Part shown: positions 49,061 to 58,537 of the stretch, piece by piece
Layout: every line of letters starts with the position of its first letter
Position numbering within the stretch: position 1 is the stretch's first letter
Source of the DNA: a virus
Taxonomy: Duplodnaviria > Caudoviricetes
Strand: one strand, 5' to 3'
IMG/VR virus record: IMGVR_UViG_3300032038_000003
Span: 128,001 to 192,000 of that record
Length of the DNA stretch: 64,000 nucleotides
Notes under the pieces: generated by a model
Told to the model about the DNA's origin: nothing
Seen by the model: the letters and a program-made list of their open reading frames with translations, nothing else
Database searches by the model: none
Program-made: the position numbers and the translations under genes

Positions 49061-51061
49061 CTAAAATGCTTTAATAAATAAGTTTAAGCCATTTGGCACA
49101 TTACTTGAATCATATAAATCTTTAGTATTAATAAAGTTAAGAATATTATTAGCTTCATCTATTATTAAGTATTCTTCTTTAAAATAATCATCAACTTTAT
49201 CTAATAATTTGCTTACAAGAGAAAGTTTATAATCTACATTTTCTACTATCTTTATAAATCCATCAGAACGGATATTATAATCATTTGCAGAGGCTTTAAA
49301 GTCACCAATTTGAGCTTCTTGATTATATTGAATACCTCTTTCAATACTGATTATTAAACCAATATCAGCTATAGGATATCCAACTGCTTTTGATATATCT
49401 GGTTGTTCCTGTGTTACTTTTCCTGGATTAGTATCTGAAATATATAATGGCATACCTTGAATATAACCATTACTTGTATTAAATAAATCAGTTTCTACAA
49501 ATCCAGAACAAACATATTCGAATTTGTTATCATCATATATATAACTAACCATACCAACAATGTTAATATCAAAGCTGTCTATAGCAGTCGCTTTTTGATA
49601 TAAATTAGTTCTGTTATCGTAGTATATAAAATCGCCAACTATAAATCCATGGTCAGTTTGAGTAACATCTATAAAGCTATGAGATTTATGCACATAATAT
49701 TCACCAGTTGCTGGCTGTTCAAGGCCATTTAATCTTTTGTCTGCAATACTCATTGCAGTAGCTTTAACGAAATAACCATTTTCATGCTGTGTTAACGCAT
49801 TATTTTCATCTGGAGAAATTATAAATTCTTTAACAAATAATCCGTTTTCATTTATTTCAATGGCATTATGTGGTTCATCTTGTACTTTTACGTTAGCAAA
49901 TATTTTTTTTGCTGAATGTTGATCTTTTGAACAAAAGAATACTTTTCCAAAAGATGATGCAGCTTGCGATATATTTGAATAACCATATCTTACTTTTCCA
50001 TTAAAGAAATGACCCCAAGAATAGTCATTTAAGTCTATACTAAGAGTATGCTCAAACGGTAAAAGTTCTGCTTCTTCTATACTGGTAACTGTGTTGTCAT
50101 AATCCCATGCAGTTGCAGAAGCACTAACAAGATTTTTGTCTTTTGTAATGAATAGCGTAATACTTTTACCAGACCACCCACTATTTGAATTGGTAAGTGC
50201 ATAGTTAGCTATTAATGTCTGATTTGGCAGATAAAAATTATAATATAAAGCAAATCTGAAGCTGCCAAAGTCGTTACCTCTTTGTATTACTACAGATAAT
50301 GTATGTGGATAACCATATTCATCAAATGCAAAACCAATAATAACACCGTTAGCATCACTATCTGAATCTGTTGAGTATAGTCTTACTGTATGTTTGTAGT
50401 AATCATAAAAGTTTTGAGTAACAAAACCATTATATGTAACGGTATTTTTTGGTTGTACGAACGACTCTAAAACGTCATCCCAATACCAAGCATTTGCTTC
50501 TGTTGCATTGTACATGTTATTATTAGTTCCGTTATGGCTGAAACGAATACCATCTGCAAACAACTCAGCAAGGGATTCGCCTTGAGAGATAGAATCCCAT
50601 GTAATAGTGTCGGTATCTTTTGTAACTAATTTGGGAACATAAAGACCATCTGATGTACAGACAAGAGAGTTTGTTCCATCTGGATCATCATAAATGATGA
50701 CATCAGCTTTTAAACTATTGGTTATTTGATTGTAAGTTAAATCTATAGATTCAGTATCAATGATTTTATCTATAACATTTAAATCATCGATACGTGCATT
50801 AATTGTATTGCCAAGAACAGTAACTTTTGTATCTGTATATTGCTTGAGATCATTACGAACAGCAATATCGTTTTCATTAATAAGATTAGTAATATTGATT
50901 AAGTTAATCTCTATTGTATTTAAAACTTCTTGAAGTCCTGTAATGGCATAAATAGGGTGCTGATCCACCCAATCACGATGAAGTAAATCATCATGATTAT
51001 GGGTGCCAGTATAATCCATTTCATCTACTTCAAAGTTGTGAATAACAAGTCTGACTCCCAT
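49061..51061 (-). CDS. Tail fibre protein with putative lectin-like domain
   Basis: DQHPIYAITGL fibre motif; NA(I/L)..NENG(L/Y)FV repeats; beta-sandwich region with STDSDSDANGVIIGF; C-terminal shared domain. Confidence 0.55.
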   Translation of the reverse strand: MGVRLVIHNFEVDEMDYTGTHNHDDLLHRDWVDQHPIYAITGLQEVLNTIEINLINITNLINENDIAVRNDLKQYTDTKVTVLGNTINARIDDLNVIDKIIDTESIDLTYNQITNSLKADVIIYDDPDGTNSLVCTSDGLYVPKLVTKDTDTITWDSISQGESLAELFADGIRFSHNGTNNNMYNATEANAWYWDDVLESFVQPKNTVTYNGFVTQNFYDYYKHTVRLYSTDSDSDANGVIIGFAFDEYGYPHTLSVVIQRGNDFGSFRFALYYNFYLPNQTLIANYALTNSNSGWSGKSITLFITKDKNLVSASATAWDYDNTVTSIEEAELLPFEHTLSIDLNDYSWGHFFNGKVRYGYSNISQAASSFGKVFFCSKDQHSAKKIFANVKVQDEPHNAIEINENGLFVKEFIISPDENNALTQHENGYFVKATAMSIADKRLNGLEQPATGEYYVHKSHSFIDVTQTDHGFIVGDFIYYDNRTNLYQKATAIDSFDINIVGMVSYIYDDNKFEYVCSGFVETDLFNTSNGYIQGMPLYISDTNPGKVTQEQPDISKAVGYPIADIGLIISIERGIQYNQEAQIGDFKASANDYNIRSDGFIKIVENVDYKLSLVSKLLDKVDDYFKEEYLIIDEANNILNFINTKDLYDSSNVPNGLNLFIKAF

Positions 51062-51079
51062 ATATCTTTACCTTTCGTT

Positions 51080-52429
51080 TTATTCTATTATAAGTTTAAA
51101 TCTATACTTATTCGCTACAGAATAAAATTCTTGCTTAGGAACATCAGACAATTTCATTACTAACTCTACACCAGTATGTGCCTCCAGTTTCGGAATCATA
51201 AGTGATTGTTTATATGTATATGGTGGTACAGATTGATATTCCATATTCTCTTTATAGAAATCAAGCTGCACAACTTCTTCACCATTATAATATTCCGAAA
51301 ATGCAGTAATTGAGACTGTAATATTAGCAAGGTCTATATCTTCGTTATTATAAATAACGATATTTTTTCTGAATGTATCAGTAAATAATGTTCCTAAATC
51401 ATATGGTTCTCCGTTTGGTACGATTTCGTTATCAATACGCAATTGAATATCATAGCTAATTGTAAAGATATCACCACCAAAAGTAAGATTATCCATATCA
51501 AATTGAGCCACTGTATCATTATAATGACCCTTTGTATATATTCTAATCCAGGCATCTGTTAATGGTAATACCATATGGGTAGTGTCTATTTGAACACGAT
51601 TGCCATGATGACTAACCATTAACTGTCCGTGAAGAGTATCATCTGAACGTAAAATAGTTTTATTTAAACGTCTATCAAAGATTTCAAACTCCTGTAAAAT
51701 ATTTATACCGTTGATAGTAATGTATCTGTTTTTGTATAAAGCAAATTCATGAACGATAAATTTACCTCTTTGAAGAGTTCGTGCATCTTTAGTGCCGTAC
51801 AAAAAGAATCCTATGCTATTACGTCTTATTGTATCAAAGTTTCCTACTTCGATCCAGTTAAATCCATCCGAACTAGCAAAGAACTGATATGTATATCCTA
51901 TAGCATTATTATATTTGATGACTTTAAGTATTTTATAGATAGTATCTACAAATCCAGTAGAAGTGTTTACAATTGTCTCTTCATCGGAAGAAGACGAACC
52001 CCCTTCATGAGATTCGTCTTCTTCGTCATCAAATCTATAACTTACATAGTGAGCACCTAAGTCATAGCCAGCATTTACATTCTCTCCATTATTTCCAATG
52101 GTTGATGGCGAAGTTGCTAGATATGTTTGAAATTCAGCATAATTATTAGTATCTGACATCACTATCAGTCCAGCAATATCTTCTTCTGTTATTGGCGTAT
52201 GATCAAGATGCATGATTAAGCAATAACATTCTTTTCCTTGACCACTTCCTCTAGCTTCTGGTTCTTGAAGCATATATGTTACATATTGATTCGTATGTAA
52301 TATTCTTAATCCATCTTCACCATATCTTAAACAGTCTGTTTCGGAAGGAGTTAATGACCAAATCAAAGGATTCTCATGGAAGTATTCGTTGTATAAAATT
52401 CCTTCTTCTTCTTTGATTAGTGTCGCCAT
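51080..52429 (-). CDS. Structural protein with concanavalin-A-like beta-sandwich
   Basis: AGLIVMSDTNNY...YQFFASSDGFNWIEVG resembles GH43 C-terminal lectin-like domains. Confidence 0.45.
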   Translation of the reverse strand: MATLIKEEEGILYNEYFHENPLIWSLTPSETDCLRYGEDGLRILHTNQYVTYMLQEPEARGSGQGKECYCLIMHLDHTPITEEDIAGLIVMSDTNNYAEFQTYLATSPSTIGNNGENVNAGYDLGAHYVSYRFDDEEDESHEGGSSSSDEETIVNTSTGFVDTIYKILKVIKYNNAIGYTYQFFASSDGFNWIEVGNFDTIRRNSIGFFLYGTKDARTLQRGKFIVHEFALYKNRYITINGINILQEFEIFDRRLNKTILRSDDTLHGQLMVSHHGNRVQIDTTHMVLPLTDAWIRIYTKGHYNDTVAQFDMDNLTFGGDIFTISYDIQLRIDNEIVPNGEPYDLGTLFTDTFRKNIVIYNNEDIDLANITVSITAFSEYYNGEEVVQLDFYKENMEYQSVPPYTYKQSLMIPKLEAHTGVELVMKLSDVPKQEFYSVANKYRFKLIIE

Positions 52430-52438
52430 AATTTCTCC

Positions 52439-52996
52439 TTATACAATGTCGATATATTGTGTTAAGTCTACTTCTTTACCTACCAGGATATTCTCTTTTC
52501 CAAATAAATCTACTAACATTTCTGCTTTTGACATTGCCGCTCTTAAAGAATGATATGTAGAGTGGAAAAACCATGGTTTGATATTAACACGCTTCATCTT
52601 ATCAAAGTAAAGTTGTGTCTTTTGAGCATAGTCACTACTGGTATCGTTAACACCCTTTTGGTCTTTATAATTAAAATATCCAATACCATCGTAAACAAAA
52701 AGCATATCGTATTTTGGATTATTTACTCTTGTAGATTCAAGAATATACTTTTCATAGTCTCCAGTAGTTTCAGCAGTATCAGTAGTTTCGTTTGAGATAC
52801 GTATAATCTCAACGGTTTCCTGATCTTTAGCTACTAATGTAGGGTCGAGATCTGTAATATCAATGTATTTATCATCAAGAGATTTTCCTTTATAGGTTGT
52901 CTCTAAGGCAGAATACCATTTACATTGACTAGTATTACTAACGGCTTTACCAATTGCATCGTTATAGTAATGCATGAAAACTGTATATGTAGTCAT
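52439..52996 (-). CDS. Hypothetical virion protein (short paralog of the 513-aa protein)
   Basis: RBS AAGGAGG; C-terminus PWFFHSTYHSLRAAMSKAEMLVDLFGKENI matches the neighbour. Confidence 0.6.
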   Translation of the reverse strand: MTTYTVFMHYYNDAIGKAVSNTSQCKWYSALETTYKGKSLDDKYIDITDLDPTLVAKDQETVEIIRISNETTDTAETTGDYEKYILESTRVNNPKYDMLFVYDGIGYFNYKDQKGVNDTSSDYAQKTQLYFDKMKRVNIKPWFFHSTYHSLRAAMSKAEMLVDLFGKENILVGKEVDLTQYIDIV

Positions 52997-53009
52997 GTGA
53001 TTTTCCTCC

Positions 53010-54551
53010 TTATTTTATTTTAACAAACTGATCAAATGGTACAGTCTTAATAAGCTTAACATTATCAATACCAATCATTGATACTAATGTTCTTGCTTTT
53101 TCAAGACCAGACTCTAACGAATTATGTACAGAATGTAAGATCCATGGTGATAAAGGAATCTTTTTATAATTATCCTTAATCAGATAAGGAGTCTTACCAC
53201 TTGGTTCATAATGTGCTGGAATTGGATATCTGGTAATATTAGATTGGACAACAGTAAGAGAAGCAATAAAATTGCCCATATTTGCAGCTTCGAGATCAGA
53301 TATTTTCCATCCCTTATACCATAATAAATGAGGGTGTGTAGATTGGCTCATACATTGATTACGGTTATCTGTTTCTGTATATCCTTTAGCATCAGTGGAA
53401 GTATTTCCAGCACTTCTATTATTTAAAGATGCCGTATATTGAGCAAATGCATCATATACATCATCGCCAACTGTTGAACTTTGTGCTGAAGGTAAAATGG
53501 TACTTGCATCGGCTAATGTAGTACCGTCTTCAGATGCAAATGTAATTTCTTTAGGAATAACAGTACCACAATTGAAGAATAATGTTCCGAACGTTACTCT
53601 TTTACCACCAGAACCAGCTGTCGTTAACATACTTTCATGCACAGTACCATCGAAAGCACAGTCATAATAACGAGCTTGTATTTCTCCCCATTCATTAGTA
53701 TCTCTTCTTGTTTGACTAAACTTAATATTAGACCAATATTCAACAGCTTCTGTAATAAGATAATCATCACCATCAAGGTTAACAATTCTGTATCCGTTAG
53801 GACTAAGTAATGTATTAATTGTCTGTTTCGTAACTGGATCTAACTCTGCTGGAGTCTCGCCATATCTTGGAACATAACTATCATCTTGTGGATTGTACCA
53901 GTCAAAGATTAAGTTATTAGCGAATTTTTCTCCAGATAATACTATCTGTCCTTTTTTGGAGTTAAATTCAGAATACTTAGTCTTATCCTTATAAGCCTCT
54001 ATATATTCTGATTTACATACGAGAAAAGCTCCGTCAATACCTGGTTTTGAGCCACCAAGCATTACGAAGTGTTTAGAGTAATCATCTGGACCAGTTGGCA
54101 TCTGTCTTGCTGGTATACCAGCTACATTTGCTACTTTATATCCTATTGATTCTGGAACAAAGGTTTTATGATATTCTTTAGTAGTACCAGAATATACGTA
54201 GAAGTTATTAGACTTATTAGCGTTAGCCATTTCATTAAGAATAATAGCTTCTCTTTCAGATTCTGCTTCGCCAGTAATTGATGCTACATAATCAGTGCCA
54301 GCAGTACCAGTGTAAATTGCACCAGTTGCAGCATCTGGATCGCTCTTATTATCAAACCAAAACTGAAGATCCATTTTGTTTTTGGAATTTTTACTATCCC
54401 AACCAAAGTTTTTCAGCTGTGTTGTAGTAAAATACAACTTATGATCTGGTGTGTAAAATTCTTTAGTTTCGGTATAATCGTATTCGTCAGTAATAGCAGT
54501 ATTAGTAGTTTCGTTAACATATCTGTATAGTAACTGATATTGTGTCTGCAT
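53010..54551 (-). CDS. Hypothetical virion protein (long paralog with inserted domain)
   Basis: RBS AAGGAGG; C-terminus PWILHSVHNSLESGLEKARTLVSMIGIDNV. Confidence 0.6.
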   Translation of the reverse strand: MQTQYQLLYRYVNETTNTAITDEYDYTETKEFYTPDHKLYFTTTQLKNFGWDSKNSKNKMDLQFWFDNKSDPDAATGAIYTGTAGTDYVASITGEAESEREAIILNEMANANKSNNFYVYSGTTKEYHKTFVPESIGYKVANVAGIPARQMPTGPDDYSKHFVMLGGSKPGIDGAFLVCKSEYIEAYKDKTKYSEFNSKKGQIVLSGEKFANNLIFDWYNPQDDSYVPRYGETPAELDPVTKQTINTLLSPNGYRIVNLDGDDYLITEAVEYWSNIKFSQTRRDTNEWGEIQARYYDCAFDGTVHESMLTTAGSGGKRVTFGTLFFNCGTVIPKEITFASEDGTTLADASTILPSAQSSTVGDDVYDAFAQYTASLNNRSAGNTSTDAKGYTETDNRNQCMSQSTHPHLLWYKGWKISDLEAANMGNFIASLTVVQSNITRYPIPAHYEPSGKTPYLIKDNYKKIPLSPWILHSVHNSLESGLEKARTLVSMIGIDNVKLIKTVPFDQFVKIK

Positions 54552-54564
54552 ATCTTTGACCTCC

Positions 54565-57500
54565 TTATGTTCTTTTAATTGTCAGACGCTTACCCTTATC
54601 TTTATCTTGCCAGTGCAAATCCCAGTAAGTTAATAATGTTTCATACACTTCACTAAGATGTACATTGCCTCGTACTAACTGACGCATGATTTCTTCGTTG
54701 TCATTATAAAGATTCATGTAAGCAATGACCTTTTGTGAAACATGATTAAGTACCTTGTTTCCTTGAATTTTCGGGTTAAAATTTATTTCAAGATTACCAT
54801 TAGAACCCATTCCTACAATAACAATATTTCCTATAAAGAAGTCGTTATCGTGGTTGTCCGCACCTAGCTTCTTAATGGTAAAAATATTAGTATCTCCTGT
54901 ATATGGGATATTATAAACCATTTTTCCCGTTGTTGGAAGAGTAATGGTATCCAGTATAGTTTCATTAGGTAATCCCTCATTTAATATTATATATACTGGA
55001 GTCAATGTATGCAAACTAAAACTTATTGTAGTATCTCTGTTATTGTCAATATAGAATGTGATATGAGCCTCATGTCCTAGTGTGTTTGGATTATTAGTAA
55101 TAATATGACGATTCGTATCAATGTACATTGTGTTATTAGGTATCGAATCATCTGGAGGCATTAAATCACTTGGAATCGCTAAATTAGTGTTATCAAGTTT
55201 GCCAGATGTTAAATCGTCTGGCTCATAAGTAATATAATATTCAGAACATTCTATAATACCACGTTCAAGATACCATCTGACTTGTCTAAATACCCTTAAA
55301 GCTTCTGGTATATCTTCTTCAGCAAAAGACATTAAAATCCATACATATAAATAATCAAGTATTGTCTTTGCAGATTGTGGAATAGTCATTCTTGAAAATT
55401 CAAAAATATGGTCTTGCCATAATTTATAATATCCAATAAAGACTTTTCTCATAATACTTGTACGTACATCCAGGTATTCTACTGCTATATTTTTATAGGC
55501 ATTTTCTCCATTCTCGTCTTTAATAGGATAATGATTAGGATATTTTGCTATAAATGTATAATCGTCAATAATTTGTACTGGATTACGTGGTTTTAATGTT
55601 TTACGGTTAAATAATATATCTTCAAAATCTTCATATCGAGAATCATTTTCTGGAAGTAACAATTCATCAATTTTAAATGGATCGTCAAAGCCTTCATCCT
55701 CTTGATATACCCATGCCCAATCTATTTCGTCATTTGTAAGGACATCAAGATCTTTAGCGATTTTATGAATTTCATCCAAAGATGGTAATGTATTTACAAT
55801 AATATCTTTGGATAAAAAATACTGGTCATAAAATGCAGCTGGAAAGTTATTAGTACGTACAACGCTTAATGCCTCATACATTTTCATATGTTTATCAATA
55901 GTATGTTTATCAATAGTAGCAAATTCTTGATCAAATTCATCTACAAGATTCTGTTTAAAAGTCCATATACCAGTATCATCTGCATATGTCTCTTGTAAAT
56001 TTCTAAAAGTAGTAATGTCTTGATGCATAAAAGCATATCTCATTGTTGTAATCCATTCTTGAGAAAAGGCATCAAGAGCTGAACTATCACGAGTTACATA
56101 TACATTACTACTAATAAATGCTTGAAGATACTTATTTAAAAATAAATTGTTTTCATAGCATATTTGTTTAGTATTACGATATACGGATATATTACTTTCT
56201 TGTAAAATCTGATAACGCATTTTATTGATAAACAATGTTTCATTAACAAGTGTACCACTTGGTAATTTATCAATGAAAATGTCGTTATTAAAAAATGACG
56301 TTTGAATACGTTTCTTAATAACCATGGTATTAAGTAACGAAATAAAGTCAGCGTTATGCATTAATTTATCACAGATTAGATTTTCCTGTATAAACGTACT
56401 TTTTATAAGTTTATTCAATAAAGAATCGGTATTAAATACTTCTGTTTCTTTAGCGTGTTTCATAATTCGATCTATGATTTCCGAAGTAAACATTGGTTTG
56501 TTTACTTTGTTAATACTAATCACAGACTGTTGATTGTCAACGTTAAAATATTCTTTAAAAATATCAGAAACGTAGTCGGTATTTAATGATGTTTCTTTAT
56601 ATTCTTTATACAAGAATCCAGCCGTATTATCTAAGAAAAGATTTTTATAGTATTTGTTGCTGAAGATAAGATCAAATGTACCTTGTAAAAAATGGTTAAT
56701 CTTATCCAGTTCAAACATAGTTAATTTATGATTAGTAAGTTTAGATTGTTTATTAATGCTGGTATGAGTATTTGTAATGTATATTCCTTTACTGATTTTT
56801 GTAAAAAAGTCTTTATTTTGATTTAAATACATTTTATTCGACTTTTTTTCAAAAAAATTCGTATTTAAAACGATTTGAAATGCTTTTTTAGACTTTTGAA
56901 CTGAATTTATTCCATTATATATTTTAATCCAATGGTATCCTTTATCAGCAAAATCTTGCTTAAAAAGAGTATAAATATGTTTTTTGCTCATGTTTGCAAA
57001 CATATTATTCTCGTCTATAAACATAAATCTATATACATCTTTAAAAAAGTTAAAGCCTGTATGTAAGGACAAATCTTTATAAGAAAGTGTAAAACTTTCT
57101 ATTTCAGACATATACATATTTGCATTATATTTCATTGCAAATTCTATATTGATAGTATCAAATAAGAGTTTTGCAGATGACGTACTGAACGAGTCTGTAT
57201 TATTAAGATATAAATATTTTATGTCTTTAGTAAATGGTATAATATCATATACTGATAATGAAGTATGAACATTTTTATTAACAGCTTCGTATAGGTCTTG
57301 CACGTTAAGAGTTTTATTAGAATTTTGTACAAAGCTTGAGTACTGATCAGTATATAATGTTTTGTTATCTTTATTAAAAGCTTCTATCTGATTAGCAATT
57401 AATCCTTTACCATTCATAGAGAATGCGGCATACGTATTAAAGTAATTTAGATATGTTAATGCATTCTTATTAAAGGCACTGATATTATTAATATACAGTG

Positions 57501-58521
57501 TCTTAATAGGGATTCTGAATGGATCTATTTTATTAACGGTTAATTGTCCAGTATAGACCTTATGTGCATTATTATTCTCAAAATGATTAAGTATATAACC
57601 TTGTCGTACTCCCATATTGTTTTCAAAAGTATTGAGTATGCGATTAAAGTTTTCTTCGACGAAATCATTAGAATAATATCGTGCAGCAATTTCTTCAGAT
57701 TGAGCAAATGTGTTTTCGAATCTATATAATGCACGATCATTTTCTTGTCCAGTAACTATTTCGTTAAAGATATTAATAATCATACTATAAGAAATTTTTG
57801 CAAATATGTTTTCGTATAGTATTATATCTTTATCTTGTAATTGCATTGATAAAGCATTTTGAAGATACATATTTTTATCGTCTTGTTCAAGAAACATTTC
57901 ACCTTCTACAAATAAGAAATTGTCTCTATGTGTAAAGATGTCTTCAAAAATGTTTAAATACGGCTTGATTCTATAATGAACAAGAGGAACATGTTCATAT
58001 ATATTTAAAATAAAGTCTTTATGAGTAAAATAAGACTTTAAAATAGTCATGTTATCGTCACTTACTCTATCAAGACTAATGTTTTCTAATTTACTGAGAA
58101 AGTCGTCGTAATATCTCTCTAAAGATAAATTTTCAAATTTAGCGGTATAATGTTTAAATGTAGGGTACGCCATAAAAGATGTAGTAAATATATTAAGTAA
58201 TGGCAGATATTTAGTTAGATTGATAATAGTATAAAGACGTATCGGTTTTTGCATTTTGATACATATTAAATCATTTTGTAATTCAATATTTTCTTGATGA
58301 TGCTCAATAGGTAAATATGAGCATAATAAAGAAGACCTGGTAGCCTTCTTTGAGAGGAATACCAGGTCTTTGAAATACTCTACGTCTAAAGATATACCAT
58401 CTCTTTGATATATAAACTGATATTTATCTATAATAGAGTAGTTACGATATTCAAATAAAAATTCTTCGTATCGCTTCTTTTGTTGGTTGTCAAAAGATAG
58501 TATAAACTCTTGTTTCGACAT
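54565..58521 (-). CDS. Large structural protein with long degenerate repeat region
   Basis: 1318-aa ORF; roughly 900 aa of F/Y/N/K-rich quasi-periodic sequence almost free of Gly/Pro, then globular C-terminal domains. Confidence 0.55.
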   Translation of the reverse strand: MSKQEFILSFDNQQKKRYEEFLFEYRNYSIIDKYQFIYQRDGISLDVEYFKDLVFLSKKATRSSLLCSYLPIEHHQENIELQNDLICIKMQKPIRLYTIINLTKYLPLLNIFTTSFMAYPTFKHYTAKFENLSLERYYDDFLSKLENISLDRVSDDNMTILKSYFTHKDFILNIYEHVPLVHYRIKPYLNIFEDIFTHRDNFLFVEGEMFLEQDDKNMYLQNALSMQLQDKDIILYENIFAKISYSMIINIFNEIVTGQENDRALYRFENTFAQSEEIAARYYSNDFVEENFNRILNTFENNMGVRQGYILNHFENNNAHKVYTGQLTVNKIDPFRIPIKTLYINNISAFNKNALTYLNYFNTYAAFSMNGKGLIANQIEAFNKDNKTLYTDQYSSFVQNSNKTLNVQDLYEAVNKNVHTSLSVYDIIPFTKDIKYLYLNNTDSFSTSSAKLLFDTINIEFAMKYNANMYMSEIESFTLSYKDLSLHTGFNFFKDVYRFMFIDENNMFANMSKKHIYTLFKQDFADKGYHWIKIYNGINSVQKSKKAFQIVLNTNFFEKKSNKMYLNQNKDFFTKISKGIYITNTHTSINKQSKLTNHKLTMFELDKINHFLQGTFDLIFSNKYYKNLFLDNTAGFLYKEYKETSLNTDYVSDIFKEYFNVDNQQSVISINKVNKPMFTSEIIDRIMKHAKETEVFNTDSLLNKLIKSTFIQENLICDKLMHNADFISLLNTMVIKKRIQTSFFNNDIFIDKLPSGTLVNETLFINKMRYQILQESNISVYRNTKQICYENNLFLNKYLQAFISSNVYVTRDSSALDAFSQEWITTMRYAFMHQDITTFRNLQETYADDTGIWTFKQNLVDEFDQEFATIDKHTIDKHMKMYEALSVVRTNNFPAAFYDQYFLSKDIIVNTLPSLDEIHKIAKDLDVLTNDEIDWAWVYQEDEGFDDPFKIDELLLPENDSRYEDFEDILFNRKTLKPRNPVQIIDDYTFIAKYPNHYPIKDENGENAYKNIAVEYLDVRTSIMRKVFIGYYKLWQDHIFEFSRMTIPQSAKTILDYLYVWILMSFAEEDIPEALRVFRQVRWYLERGIIECSEYYITYEPDDLTSGKLDNTNLAIPSDLMPPDDSIPNNTMYIDTNRHIITNNPNTLGHEAHITFYIDNNRDTTISFSLHTLTPVYIILNEGLPNETILDTITLPTTGKMVYNIPYTGDTNIFTIKKLGADNHDNDFFIGNIVIVGMGSNGNLEINFNPKIQGNKVLNHVSQKVIAYMNLYNDNEEIMRQLVRGNVHLSEVYETLLTYWDLHWQDKDKGKRLTIKRT

Positions 58522-58537
58522 TTAATATCTCCATTTA

